Source: Felis catus
Lineage: Eukaryota
Direction of reading: 5' to 3'
DNA: 64,000 bases
Assembly (NCBI RefSeq): GCF_018350175.1
Contig: NC_058368.1
Span: 31,746,001-31,810,000 of the forward strand
Shown: positions 63,311 through 64,000 of the stretch, piece after piece
How positions within the stretch are numbered: position 1 is the stretch's first letter
Layout: every line of letters starts with the position of its first letter
Translations under genes and position numbers: made by a program
The notes under the pieces: generated by a model
Databases searched by the model: none
What the model was told of the DNA's origin: nothing
Seen by the model: the letters and a program-made list of their open reading frames with translations, nothing else

Positions 63311-64000
63311 ATATTTAAAAATTCAATCCATCAATCAATGTAGAAATCAGATTTAAGTGCTTAGAAAAGGTGGGAAAATATGATAATTAATTATCAGCTC
63401 TTCTTTTGAGAAGCTTGGGTATAAATGAAAGAAGTGAGTCACATAGATAGTGAGAGATTTAGTATAAAGAGAAGGGGAATGACAGAATGCTTATAAGTAG
63501 GGGGAAGATAAAAGAGTGATTGGTTCATGATATGAAGGAGGTGTGGGTGGAACAAGATTCCTGGAAAGAATGCAGATGTGAGATTATTCACAGAAGATAA
63601 AAAAAATGGGATTATGGGTTTACATGCAGATTAAGACAGAAGTGGAGAGAATTCCCACAAAGAAGCTCTTATTTCCTTTATAAAGAAAAAGGCAGTGCCA
63701 TCTGCTTAGAGTGGGTAGGAAATGTTGAATAGAAGTAATCTCAAGGAGAATAGTGGAGACTTGAAATAGTGGTTTCAAGAAAAGAAAGAGATTGCCTATT
63801 ATGGACTCATTACCTTGTCAAACAGCTAACTTTGAAATCATGAATATGTAATGGGGCAAAATATACTGTGCATACTAGGAATGCCACCAGCATTTATCTC
63901 TTTCATATAAAATTACATGTTGCTGTGAAAATCTGATGTTGCACTGCCTTACACACATTTTTTTCTCCCACTTCAGATTTACTTTATTTTTTAATGTGAG

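Noticed and set aside
1..64000. A novel multi-gene or prokaryote-style system (CRISPR array, operon, defence island)
   Set aside because: The sequence is repeat-rich mammalian non-coding DNA. No intact genes or regular repeat-spacer arrays are visible.

Overview
This is an AT-rich, CpG-poor mammalian genomic window. The tRNA-derived Can-SINEs (SINEC_Fc type) and the L1 3' ends indicate a feliform carnivore, most likely a felid. I can support no intact host protein-coding gene or RNA gene. Nearly all listed ORFs are short chance frames or translations of repeats. The window is a layered transposon landscape. It holds 24 Can-SINEs of several ages, young and old L1 fragments, L2/MIR relics and two Tc1/mariner (Tigger-type) non-autonomous elements. 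It also holds several solo LTRs (MER31-, MER67-, LTR16-, MLT1-like), a two-LTR MaLR remnant (about 9990-13300) and a decayed near-full-length ERV-L/MLT2 provirus (28515-34682). I found no evidence of a novel functional system. The best signals are mechanistic fossils of transposition: one target site used twice (three copies of a 14-bp TSD), a MITE splitting an L1 TSD, a probable twin-primed L1, a probable microhomology deletion in the ERV-L integrase, and nested SINEs. Family names were assigned by eye from remembered consensus sequences, and boundaries of old repeats are approximate.
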